Assembly: GCA_009859145.1 (NCBI GenBank) | Contig: VRVR01000020.1 | Span: forward strand, 179,403 to 243,402 | Length of the DNA stretch: 64,000 bases | Source of the DNA: Andalucia godoyi And28 | Taxonomy: Eukaryota > Protista > Jakobida | Direction: 5' to 3' | Shown: one piece after another, positions 30,787 through 42,200 of the stretch | Layout: every line of letters begins with the position of its first letter | How positions within the stretch are numbered: the stretch's first letter is position 1 | Program-made: the position numbers and the translations under genes | Notes under the pieces: model-generated | Told to the model about the DNA's origin: nothing | The model's database searches: none | The model's input: only the letters and a program-made list of their open reading frames with translations

Positions 30787-32205
30787 TTACATGCGTGACC
30801 ATTCCTCGTGGAAGCTTCCGGGCTTATCCACTCTTTCAAACGTATGGGCGCCGAAAAAGTCTCTTTGCGCCTGAATGAGGTTCGCGGGAACCCGTTCACG
30901 ACGGTACGTATCAAAGTACGCCAAGGATGCTGAGAACGACGGGACAGGAAGACCAGCGGAGATTGCCTGAGTAATGACTCTTCTCCATGCCGCTTCCCTT
31001 TCTCGGATCTCTGCTGCGAATTCCTCGTCCATCAACAGATTCTTCAGTGCTGACTCTTTTCGGAAAGCCTTTGTGATGCGATCCAAAAAGATGGCGCGGA
31101 TGATGCAGCCTCCCTTCCAGATGCGCGCAATGTTTCCCATCTGCAGATCCCACTTGAACTCCGCGGACGCAGCACTCAGCAGAGCCATGCCTTGTGCATA
31201 TGAGCATATCTTGGATGCATACAGCGCGTGTCGAACGTCTTCTACAAGCTGTTTGCGCTGGCTTTCTGAGAGCTTGGGGGCTTGCAAGGACGGGTAAACT
31301 CGCGAGGCTGCCACACGCTCGTCCTTCATGTTTGACAGGTACCTGGCATCCAGAGCAGCAGATATTGTCCCGGCGGCCACAGCTCGCTCCGCAGCCTCTT
31401 GAACAGTCATCTTTCCGGTGCCCTTTGTGCCCGACTTGTCCAAGATCTTGTCGACAAGGTCATCCTTTCGTGAAAAGATCTTTGCAGTTATCTCCACCAA
31501 AAACGACTTGAGCTCCCCGCGGTTCCACTCGGAAAACACTTCTGCAAGCTCCTCGTTTGACAGGCTGCCAAGAGTCTTCAAAATATCATACGCTTCCGCA
31601 ATCAGTTCCATATCTCCGTACTCGATTCCATTGTGGACCATTTTCACATAATTTCCGGAGCCGCGCTCGCCAATGTACGTCACACATGGACCGTCGTCCA
31701 CTTGGGCTGCAATTCGAGTCAGCACAGGCTCCAAAAGGTGATACGCGTCCTTTGGACCACCAGGCATCAGAGAAGGCCCATGTCGCGCACCTTCTTCGCC
31801 ACCCGAAACGCCCATTGCCATGTACCGAATGCCCTTTTTCTCCCAGACGTACTTTGCACGGCGCTCCGAATTCAAGAACCATTCGTTTCCCGCATCGATC
31901 AGTATGTCTCCGGATTCCAGATGCGGAAGAACATGATCAATCATCTCATCCACGGCCGCACCCGCTTTCACCAGCATGATGATTCGTCGCGGACGCTCAA
32001 GAGATGCAGCAAAGGACCCCAAATCGTGAAACCCTTTGAGAGGAAACTTCCCATGACCCTCTTCCTCCGCTCGCTTCACTGTGTCGTCCACGCGGGACAC
32101 AGTGCGGTTGAACACAGAGATCGGAAAGCCCTTTTCTGCAATGTTCAGCGCGACGTTTTGGCCCATCACAGCAAGCCCAATCAGACCAACCACAGACTGC
32201 GCCAT
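30787..32205 (-). CDS. gnd: 6-phosphogluconate dehydrogenase, decarboxylating
   Basis: GLIGLAVMGQN, GVSGGEEGARHGPSLMPGG, VKMVHNGIEYGDM, WKGGCIIRA, and QAQRDFFGAHTFER. ATG at 32205. Confidence 0.97.
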   Translation of the reverse strand: MAQSVVGLIGLAVMGQNVALNIAEKGFPISVFNRTVSRVDDTVKRAEEEGHGKFPLKGFHDLGSFAASLERPRRIIMLVKAGAAVDEMIDHVLPHLESGDILIDAGNEWFLNSERRAKYVWEKKGIRYMAMGVSGGEEGARHGPSLMPGGPKDAYHLLEPVLTRIAAQVDDGPCVTYIGERGSGNYVKMVHNGIEYGDMELIAEAYDILKTLGSLSNEELAEVFSEWNRGELKSFLVEITAKIFSRKDDLVDKILDKSGTKGTGKMTVQEAAERAVAAGTISAALDARYLSNMKDERVAASRVYPSLQAPKLSESQRKQLVEDVRHALYASKICSYAQGMALLSAASAEFKWDLQMGNIARIWKGGCIIRAIFLDRITKAFRKESALKNLLMDEEFAAEIREREAAWRRVITQAISAGLPVPSFSASLAYFDTYRRERVPANLIQAQRDFFGAHTFERVDKPGSFHEEWSRM

Positions 32206-32571
32206 TTCCACAAAAGGAGCGTGATAATTCAACAAACCAAAAAAGAAGAAGACGAAGAAGAAGTAGCAGTAGACCAACAATCAAGTGCGAATCACTCACC
32301 TTTTTTCTTTTCAAAAAAATTTGTTATAAATAAATAAATATTTAAATATTTAAAAATAAGTGAACATGACAAAATGAATGCTGAGACAAGGATGAACGAA
32401 CGAAATTTTAAAAACAGAGGCGACTTCGGATATTTATTCTGTTTGATGCCTCCTTTCTTTCGTTCAAGTTGCAGGAAAAATGCCGCTTTGCCAGACGGGA
32501 GGACGTACCTCGTACGTACGTGCAAAGTGCGTCAAGGTGCGAGCACCAGAACAAGCAGCAGGCCAGGAATA

Positions 32572-33091
32572 AGGCGCTTCCATAAAAATTCAATTCGGAA
32601 AGCCCTGCATTTCCTCAAGCCTTTCTTCTTTCCCCCTTTCCGTTTCTCTCGTTTCACCTTGGACTTCGTCGTGTCAAATAAAATATTGAATAAAACACTG
32701 CTGCGTTCGTATTTTGATATTTCACCGTTTTTATTTGGCACCACATCCTCCTCACACTTCGCCACACGTTATCGGGTTTGTCGGCTTCGTCGGCTTCATA
32801 CTTGCACATCTTCGGAATCCGATGGTGTAGGCGGTGAAAGCTGCGCTCCAAGAGCGGCTGCGCCCTCCCGATCTGCACGATGCCCTCCCGATCTGCACGA
32901 TGCCCTCCTGAGTTGGGTGAACGATTTGTCGTTCATCACGTGTGTGCCGGAATCCACGCGGTATTCCCAGTGCAAGCGAGCTGGAGTCCTCGCGTGAGGC
33001 ACTCATGAACGATTGAAAATGTCTGGTTCTGCCGGACATTTCACGCCTCTCGCTCCTGGAACCCCTTGCGTTCATTTAAATGGGTGTGCCT
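32572..33091. mobile_element. ~520-bp MITE-like element, copy A
   Basis: Inverted near-copy of 48235-48762. Flanked by TA (32570-71 and 33092-93). Imperfect TIRs AGGCGCTTCCATAAAAATTCA versus the reverse complement of the other end, AGGCACACCCATTTAAATGAA. Internal ~20-bp tandem duplication (GGAGGGCATCGTGCAGATCG on - strand). Confidence 0.8.
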
Positions 33092-33216
33092 TAATAATCG
33101 GGGACAGAAGAAGAAAGAAGAACAAGAACAACAGTGGCAATGGAGCATGAGGATAAAGGTGGTTTAAATTAACAAGACGACGTTTTGGAAGAACCAGACT
33201 TGGACAGCTCCGTTGC

Positions 33217-33948
33217 TCAGCTGAATTGCAACATGAGCGAAGGACTAGTTTCGCCATTGACAGGTTGAAACTCACTGTGAACGAAAAAGGTATCATACGC
33301 TTTCCACAACACCCGTTCCTGATCATCTTCGTCCACCGGGTCCGGGAAGAAAAACGTGAACGATTTTGAAAGAACTGCACAAGCCAGCCACGTTTCGACG
33401 GCAGGAGTCTGCGTGAGGACGGCTTGAAAGATCTTTGAAATGGAGGTCTTCATCCCCGACGTTGTCGCTGCCTTCGACACCATGACAGAAGGGCTTGCTT
33501 CTTGCACACATTCGAGGATCGCGTGTCGCGTATCTTCGTCGTTCAGGTCTGCTCCGGAAAGGTACGCCACGAGTGCTGCATTCCGCAGCCCGGTCCACAC
33601 AGGAAGAAATACATGCACTGGAATGTTCACGAGCGGAATGTTCTGCAGGAGCGCAGCGGCACCCTCATGAATCAGCTTCTTCATGTCGATGCGTTCGTTC
33701 GGCTCCTGCATGATGAGATGGGCCATTACTCTCGACGGGGTTCCGTACACCTCCAAATTCCGGGACGCCCGCTCGGCAGTGCTCTCCAGGATTCCAGGAA
33801 TACCATGGACCACAAAACCCATGATCGTGTCCATGGTTATTTCTGTCGGACTGCCAAACGCAAACGACGCAGACGGCGGAAGTCCTGCCGTCAAGACTGC
33901 GAGCAAGAGAAGCGTCGCAAGAGCATTCGCCCGTCTCGTGGTGCACAT
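33217..33948 (-). CDS. EcsC-like protein with N-terminal signal/TM segment
   Basis: IPLVNIPVHVFLPVWTGLRNAALVAYLSGADLNDEDTRHAILEC resembles the EcsC core (P.D...L...Q.RM...IA..YG.D....E.R..IL). Hydrophobic N-terminus. Confidence 0.5.
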   Translation of the reverse strand: MCTTRRANALATLLLLAVLTAGLPPSASFAFGSPTEITMDTIMGFVVHGIPGILESTAERASRNLEVYGTPSRVMAHLIMQEPNERIDMKKLIHEGAAALLQNIPLVNIPVHVFLPVWTGLRNAALVAYLSGADLNDEDTRHAILECVQEASPSVMVSKAATTSGMKTSISKIFQAVLTQTPAVETWLACAVLSKSFTFFFPDPVDEDDQERVLWKAYDTFFVHSEFQPVNGETSPSLMLQFS

Positions 33949-34272
33949 TATGAGTACTCTGAGGCGGATTTGATATTATATTGGTATGTAATTAAACGAG
34001 ATGATGGGGAAACAAGCCGACAGCGACAGACACAGCGGGAGGAGAGCGATCGGAAGCAGAGAAGCTCAGACAACCGCATTTATACATAAAAAGCTTGCAT
34101 TCTTTTTTATGTTGTCGCACGAAGCCATACAACTCGAACAGTTCATTGCTGCCTTTTTTCCCTCTTCGCCCCATACTTGGTTAAACCGCAACCGCTCTTG
34201 ATTTCCACGCGAGACTTTTGGGCGCGCTCAAAACAAAACAAAAACGAAACAGGGTTTACTGCTTGTTGTTAT

Positions 34273-34557
34273 TCACACCCTTCTTCGGCCCGTATCATCG
34301 TCTTCAAGAGGCAGATCGTACACCTCATGGAACTCCAAAAGAGCTTTCATCTGCGTGATCCCTTCATCAGCACGCGTCAAGCACCACGTCGCATATTCCA
34401 CTGAGCCCTTCGACTTGTCTCCGAATTTCCGAAATGTATCGTACGCTTCTTTTTGGATGCGCTTGAAGTACTCGGGAGGAAGTTTCCTCGCCAACTGCAA
34501 GATCACTCGGTACTTTCCCAAAACCACCGAGCGTGGAATGACTGCGTGGTGGTTCAT
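34273..34557 (-). CDS. LYR-motif (Complex1_LYR) small mitochondrial protein
   Basis: VLGKYRVILQLARKL....EA..TFR fits the LYR pattern in a 94-aa ATG ORF. Confidence 0.65.
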   Translation of the reverse strand: MNHHAVIPRSVVLGKYRVILQLARKLPPEYFKRIQKEAYDTFRKFGDKSKGSVEYATWCLTRADEGITQMKALLEFHEVYDLPLEDDDTGRRRV

Positions 34558-34595
34558 CTTGTGTGAGAGAAAGAACGTCTGTGAGTAACTCAGCC

Positions 34596-34976
34596 TCAGC
34601 TGTTGTGAATTGAATCCGATACAGTAGATGGTGGAATCGATGGTCTGGACAGCGTGGAAGCCTGTGCAGACTGGGAAGCTTTGTCGTTCACCGACTGGGC
34701 AAGTTCCTTGTGTATGTGTTCCCGAGCAGCTCTTTTTGACTGTCGAATTCTCCTAAAAGCAGAGTTTGAGGGAATTTCAGAGGAAGAAGAAGAAGAAGAA
34801 ACAGCAGCAGCTCCGTACGAATTCCTATTGCTTGCTGAAGATCCAGTTGCACCGCTGCTGCTTGATAAGGAACGCGGAAAGGCAGGCAGCGAGGCAGCGA
34901 GGACTTTTCTTCTTGCTCTTCGGTCCAGAATTCGATGAAGCTGTTTCGGATTCACCTTCACCGTAAATTCACTCAT
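34596..34976 (-). CDS. NF-YA/HAP2-like small protein (A1 helix only)
   Basis: VKVNPKQLHRILDRRARRKVL matches the NF-YA subunit-association helix (YVNAKQYHRILKRRxARAKL). The RHxHAxxRxRGxGGRF DNA-binding motif is absent. Confidence 0.6.
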   Translation of the reverse strand: MSEFTVKVNPKQLHRILDRRARRKVLAASLPAFPRSLSSSSGATGSSASNRNSYGAAAVSSSSSSSEIPSNSAFRRIRQSKRAAREHIHKELAQSVNDKASQSAQASTLSRPSIPPSTVSDSIHNS

Positions 34977-35352
34977 ATACTACACTACTCGTGAAAAGTA
35001 GCACCCTTTTTCCTTTTTTCCCCTTTTCGTCCATAGTATTAATTATTTTGAAAACGTTCCGTCTTCCAAAAACCCAATCGGCTTGTCCACATTGTTTTCC
35101 CTTTTGCCAATTCATGAGTTCACGAGCCCCGACTCAACAGAAGCGGCTGTAGTTGTGGGCGTTTTTTTTTTTCGCGGATCTGTTTTTCTTTTCTTCGCAT
35201 CCTTTGTTTAATTCGTGATGTTTTTTCTACGTTGTTGTTCTACGTGGATTTAGGTTTTTCTCCTCGCAATTTGGGATATTTTGAATCTGGCTCTACGGGG
35301 AGGGAAAAAAAGAAAGAAAAAGAAACAAGAATTGTAATTATACTGAAGAAGA

Positions 35353-38300
35353 ATGACGGGCGTGGTGGCGGTTGACTCTCCAGAGACATTGGAGCAAGTT
35401 TTGGGGATGCTTTTGCAGCCTGATTCCAGGATTCTCGCTTCTGCAGAAGCATCTTTAGCTCCGTTTATGCGATCCAAACAGTGTGTTCCTGCATTTCTGC
35501 AGCAGATGACGGATTCTCAAAATCCTGGAATTCGACAAATGGGGGCGGTACTCTTGCGCTCAAGAATCTCTCGGTTTTGGTCGAAGCTTTCAGTGGAAGA
35601 TCGTAACCAAACGAAGCAAGTTTTGCTGCATTTGCTTGTGCATGAGCCGCTGACTGTTGTTCGCTTATCCGTTGCAAACCTGATCGCGGATCTTGCAAAG
35701 TACACTGTCCCTGCCCATCAATGGCCGGAGTTGTTCCCATTTATGTTTCAGTGCTTTTCGAGCTCCGACTCGGTTCATCGCGACATTGCAATTCGTTTGT
35801 TTGAATTTATGTTGTCGACGATCGGCCCTTCGCTGAAAGGTTTTATGGGACCTATTATGCAGGTGCTGAGTTCTGCGTTGGCGGATGCTGAAGCGGCTGT
35901 CCGTGCTGCGGCAATACGATGCTTGAATGCATTACTGGATAACATTGAGGGCACCGAACATGTTGCTGCGCTAATTGCAATGATTCCCGTCATGCTGAAT
36001 GCAATGGTCTACTGCGTGCAGACCCGCCAGAACGAGCCAATCTTTGAGGGACTCGACGTGATGATTCAAGTGACGAATACAAATCTAGATGACTTGGTCC
36101 CCTTTATCCCGCAGTACGTGGAGTTTGTGATCTCCGTCGCGAGTGCGCAGCAAGTGGAAGTTTCCACGCGGGAGAAGGCTCTGGACTACATCGTCCTGTT
36201 GGCAAACATGAGACCAAAGTTGCTGTATCAAAAGTTCCAACTTCTGAACACGATTCTGGGCGGAATGTTCAGTGTAATGGCAGAAAAGATGGATTTGGAT
36301 GTCACGGACGAAAGTGAAGACGGCGCACAGAAATTGGGATCGAACTCTCTCAAGGAATTGAGTTTGCACATTCCATCCAAGCATTTGTGGCCTGTGGCTG
36401 AGGCAATGTGCGGTCAGGGATTCCAATCTGCGGATGCAGGAAGTCGTCGTGCCGCCCTTGTCGCCATCGCGATTCTTAGCGAAACTTGCAATGATCAGGT
36501 TCGGGACAATCTTGCCCAGCTTGTTCGAGGTGCTGTCCATTTGCTGGCAGGAGATCCCGATATTACAGTTCGAGACGCAGCGTGCTTCACCATTGCACAG
36601 TTTTCCGAACATCTGTATCCCGAGATTTTGGAGTTCCATGGTGACGTTATCCCTCCGCTTTTACGGCTGCTTTCGGCGCCGTCAACACACCCCATTGTTC
36701 AAGAATCCGTTTGTCTGGTGCTGGATTCCTACTGTGAGTACTTTGGAGAGCGGATCGACCCGTATCTCCGAGCGATGATGGAGACGTTCTCTTCTGTAAT
36801 GCAGCATGGGAAACTCATGGGCCAAGCTGCAGCGATCGGCGCGATTGCAGCCGTTGCTCTTGCAGCCCGCCATTTGTTTGTTCCGTACGCGCACAGCACG
36901 ATGGACTTCCTCGAGCATCTCATGGGCATTCATGACCCTCTTCGGATTGTCCTGCGGGCTCGAGCAACGGAGGCATTAGGAAACATTGCAGTTGCAATCG
37001 GAAACGAGCATTTTGCCCCGAGGCTGGATAGAGTAATTCAACGAGCCGTGGAAGGCTTTTCCATCCAGAATCCGGAACTGAATGAGTATACGTACGGGCT
37101 GTTTTGCTCTCTCGCCGAAGTGATGCCGCTTGCTCTGGTTCCTCTTCTGCCAAAGATCGTCCCTCTTGCTTGTTCTTCTTGTTTTTCCGATGCAGGAATC
37201 TTAGCAAGCGAGGTCGAGAGAACGCAGTTGTTTGGAGCGCAACCAAGAGTTAACGTTGGGGATGGTGAAGTGGGCGAGGGCGAGGACGAGAACGATGAGG
37301 AGGACATCGATTTTGGAGAAGAGGACGAAGAAAATGATATTCATTTGAAGATTCCATATTCGATTTTAGACGAAAAAGCCGCTGCAGTGGCTGTCTTGGC
37401 GAAGCTCGCCCGTTTCACGGGAACCGCATTTGCTCCATTTCTCCATGACGCGTCGGACGCCGTGTTGTCTCTCTCGAAGTTTCTTCACGAGCACGTTCGC
37501 ATGAACATCCCTGAGGCGATATTTGGGTTCGTGAAAGTGTTGAGTGAAAGCGGGCTCCCGGCAACGGACGAGACATCGCGCATTTTCGAAGTCTCCATGT
37601 CCACCATGCTGCACTATCTTGAAGCTGACGAGTCTCGGACTGTGTGCTTGAAATCATGCGAGTATTTGCAGGAAATCGCAAAGGTCACCGGTCCTACTCC
37701 CTTGGGCCCGTTTCTCGAAGACTTTGTTTCGGCATGGCAGCTGTTGCTCCAGAAGAAAGCAGTCTGCCAAACTCTATGTTATGATGAAGCGGACGGGGAT
37801 GACGACGACGAAGACACGAATCGGAACCTCACGGATGCCGTTGGGGATTCCATTATTGCTTTTGCGCAGGTTTTTGGCGAATCCTTTAAGCCTGCTGTTG
37901 ATGTTCTGGAACCATTCTTGATGAAGTACGCAGACAAGCGGCGATCCGAAGACGACCGCATTATGGCAACCGGCGTGCTTGCAGAGTGTGCGCGGTTCCT
38001 TGGAGCGCATTGTCCCCTTTATGCCGGAAAATGGTTCTCCCAAGCTTGGGCTTGGACAAATTCTGATTCCGTGTCAGTCCAGCGGAATGCGATTTTCATG
38101 CTTGGAGTCCTCGCCGTCAATGGAGGGCCATCCACTCAGGCGAAATTCTCGGAATTAATGCAGCTGTTCCTGTCGATTTCGAAGCTAGACGCACCTGCCG
38201 AGATCAAGGACAACGCAGCGGGTGCCATTGCCCGCATCGTTCAAAAATTTGGTTCTACCCTTCCTCTTGGACCGGTCGTGCAGTTGCTCGTTGATTTCTT

Positions 38301-38572
38301 GCCAATCCGTGTGGACATGATTGAAGCAGCGAACGTTGTCACAATCGTGAAGTCCTTGGTTTCGGAGCCTGTTTTGCATCCTCATTTAAACAAGATTGTT
38401 AGCGGTTTTCTGGAAACAACCGCTCTTCCGGACGCAACTCGAGAACTGCGAATTGCAACAATGGAATGCTTGCAAGTCATCCGTGAACGGTTCGGTGATG
38501 CCACGCTGCAACAGGCACTGGTCAGTTCCAAAGATGCTCCTCGGCTGTATGATCAATTACGAAATAACTTAG

Positions 38573-38577
<5 letters not shown>
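35353..38577 (+). CDS. IPO4: Importin-4 (Kap123-like) karyopherin beta
   Basis: LEQVLGMLLQPDS..AEASL..IRQMGAVLLRSRISRFW N-terminus, HEAT repeats, two acidic loops, IDRVIQRAVE..YTYGLF, DRIMATGVLAE, KDNAAGAIAR. Confidence 0.85.
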
Positions 38578-38606
<29 letters not shown>

Positions 38607-38621
38607 ACACACACACACACA
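38575..38621. repeat. (GA)n(CA)n microsatellite
   Basis: Directly visible immediately after the importin stop. Confidence 0.9.
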
Positions 38622-38984
38622 GACGGGAATGGTGCACGCAATATCTACTGGGGAAGAACGCTTCGGGAGTATTGGGGCCTGCCACCTTTTGAATTGAATT
38701 CACATTCGACCATCCTCCCTTGTAGCCTTTTCTATGTACATTCTCCGCCATCCCCAAGGATAATGATGGAGATTGTGTATGCAGCCGCCTACATTGTTCA
38801 ACGTGGCGCATTGGTTGCACTCCAACTGCCGTAATGCATCTCCGCTGGATGGCTTCAAAAGGCGTTCCGATCAAAAAGATCGGACATCGGAGGTCTCTGC
38901 GTATCCGTGAATCCCCGCTCTGCGAAAACTTTTCATCATTCCTTCGGCAGGAATCAAGATCGGAAATGCTCTTTTTCAGCATAT

Positions 38985-39019
38985 TGAGTGTGTGAGTGAG
39001 TGTGTGAGTGAGTGTGTGA

Positions 39020-39058
<39 letters not shown>
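38985..39058. repeat. (GTGA/GT)n microsatellite
   Basis: Directly visible. Confidence 0.9.
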
Positions 39059-39062
<4 letters not shown>

Positions 39063-39200
39063 GGTTTTTGCGTTTGGATATCCAGCAACCAGGTCTTTCA
39101 TTCACTATATACACGTAAATATTTGGAATCCATCCTTCGTACAGGGGGGAGACTGAGAAATCGATTGGATTTCGAGGAGAGTTTCCGGAACCGAAGAGAA

Positions 39201-42200
39201 ATGAGCTGCGGCGACTTCTCTGTTCTGTCGCTTCTGCCTTTGCTGCTTCTGCTGGTCGTTCCGCTGTGTTCTGCATATAGATTTTGTATTGATTCGACGT
39301 TTCATCTTCAAAACTGCGATGGCTACTATCCTTCTGTACAGAGCATCGTCACTTCGGCCCATTTTGTAAATGGTTCCCAGATTGTAATGTTTGACGGTTC
39401 GTACGCCGGTCCTGGCTTCTGCAACATTACGTTTCCACTTGTGCATGATTTGACGATTCTGGGAAATACAGAAGTGAATTGCAATGAGGATTCTCCCGGA
39501 TGGACATTCACACCGGCTTCTTCAAGAATATACATATCTGGTGTGTCATTCGCTTGGTGCTACTCCACTCGAAACGGGGCCGCTCTGTCCTTAACCGGCG
39601 TTTCGAACGTAACGATTACCGACGCATTTTTCGGTTTTAGCACCAGCCGCGTCCCTTTGAACTGCATTAACGACGAAGAATGCTATGATTTGAGCGATGT
39701 GGGCATTGGGGGTGCTCTGGCAATTACTGGCTCTGTGAATGTTTCGGTTCGCAGCTGCCAATTCCTTCTTAATTATGCAAGTTCCGATAATTTTTACGGC
39801 TATTCTGGGAACGGTGGCGGCATAGGAATCTCAAAGTCACAACATATACTTGTTAGCGACTGCACGTTCGTTGGGAACATGGCGGATAATTGGGCGGGAG
39901 GGGTCTCCATGGGCTTTTCCTTGGATGTCCGCATAGAGGGATGCCGATTTCTGAAGAATGTTGCAGGCTGGCAAGGCGGAGCTGTGGTTGCGTTTGGAGG
40001 GACGTCGTTCTCTATCACTGGCTCGGATTTTATTGAAAACTCTGTTGGACCGCAATCTGCAGTTGGCGAGGGAGGGGCCATTTTCTTGCGAGATCCGATG
40101 CCGTCGTCGATCGAGAAATGCACCTTCATTAATAATGTTGCACAAGCTGTCAGTGGTGCAATTTCATTTCGCCAGTCTTCGGGTCCAGATACGGAGACTG
40201 GTCTGTCTGTTACAGATTCAGTGTTTCATAATAACCAAGCGTCTGCATTTGGAGCGGCGTGTTCCCTGTTTGCCTCCTCCCAGTTCACGAGATGCTCGTT
40301 TACGAACCATACTGTGGCAAACGTAGGTGGGTCATTGTACATTGCTGGATCATCCACGATTTTGATCAACTGCAATTTTAGTGGCAATTCTGCAACGCAG
40401 TATGGGGGATCCATCTCCGTGAACGGCTGGGCATCGAATCTATACATGTTTGGAACTGTTATCATTTCCAACAGCGTTTCTGGATCTTTTGGTGGTGGTT
40501 TGTATCTGGATACCGGGGCGTTTGTGTCGGCATCGTCTGGTTGCACCATCAACGTGTGGAACAATTCAGCTTTTGATTCTGGGGGCGGCGTGTTCGTCAA
40601 CACGTACGGGGGCCTTTCAGTTACAGGCACTATGTCATTCGTTGGAAACACCGCAGTCAACGAAGGTGGCGGCTTGTTTCTCGGAACGCAGGCGTCATTT
40701 GAAGTCTATGGGACCACCATTTTTGACTCGAACTCTGCGCTCTCCGGTGGTGGCTTGCAGCACAATCAGGCGTATCTTCCAGCGTTGTCGGCGGGAACTG
40801 GAAATGGACAAATGATTTTCACGAGAAATGTTGCAGGTTTTGGAGGTGCAATCTCGTTGAATCACCTTGGCGGCTTGACGATGTCAGGTGTCAGCAATAT
40901 ATCGCTGGTGGAAAATAACGCGCTGGGAATAGGCGGTGCAATGTTTCTCTTTTCCGACTTGTTCAATCTCACATCGATCATTCCGGAGAATCTCGCCGTT
41001 TTGATCGGGACCACCGAAGTCTTCGTTTCTGGTAACACGGCTCGACATACCGTCAACCAACTTCCCGCTGCGTTCGGCTCTGGCCCATTTCAGATTCTGC
41101 CTTGTTCGTCTGACGTCGTTGGGACCATTTTGGGACCGTTTAATCATGGGCGGCCTTCCACTTTTCAGGTTTGCGTTGCAGATGCTTTCGCAAAGGTTTT
41201 GGTATTCGCCCCCGAAGGTTCCATGCTGCTGCAAATTGAAGAAGGCGGATCATCGTTTCCAAGCCCAGTCGTCGCATCCTGCGTGAATGGCGTTTCTTAT
41301 TTCTCCGGTGTGCAACTGTACTCCTCAAACTCTTCCTCGAATGACATCCTTGTGCGATTTACATACCAAATTCAGCAAGAGTCTGCATTGAATTTGGTGA
41401 TCATGATTCAGTCTGCAACGTTTCCCGTGCAGATTCTCCCGTGCCCGCCAGGATTCATGTCACAGAACGTATCTGGAATTGACGTGTGTTCTTCATGCCC
41501 ACAGGGGACCTATAACTTGCAGCCGTCCTCTCCGTCCTGTTTTTCTTGTCCCGATGCCAGTTTGGCTTCCTGCAGTCCATCGAAAATCCTCACGGAGTCG
41601 AATGTGTGGCTCCTTGAAGATGGCTCTGGCCCGGTGTCTTTGTACACCTGTCCCCTTGGCTACTGCAAAGATGATAATCAATGTTTTTCAAACAGAGATC
41701 CAAAAAGCCCCCTGTGTTCCTCGTGTCTGCCTGGATATTCGGAATGGAATCTCGAGTGCATCCGTTGCTCGGAAACCGGAAACGGAGTTATTATTTTCAG
41801 CGTTATTATCGGTCTTTGGGCCTGTATTGCTATCTTCCATTTTGTCTGCCGTTCTGCGATTGGCATGACGTCTATTTTCTTTTACTATACTGTTACTTGT
41901 TCAATGGTGCTTCCGCCTCTTGGATCCTCAGATCTGCGAATTCAAAGCGTGTTCTCCTTGCAACCATTTTCATTTGGGCCTGACACGTGTCCCTTTAGTC
42001 GGGATGGCATTGGCTTGTACCTCACAAGATTGTTTTACCCTGCTGTGTTGTTTGGCCTTATTTTGATGACCGCATTCGTACACTTTTTGTCGTTTCGTCT
42101 TTTCAAATCCATGGATTTCAACATGTGGCAGTACCTTCGCTCTGCATTTGTCCTTGCCCTTTCCGTCCAGCAATCTCTTTCAATCGTGATGTTTGATTTT

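Noticed and set aside
39024-39200. ORF-track N-terminal extensions from TTG/GTG starts (e.g. MCVCVCV..., MLVYCYFFF..., MIIIIF...)
   Set aside because: They translate microsatellite or UTR sequence; downstream ATGs coincide with the conserved protein starts.
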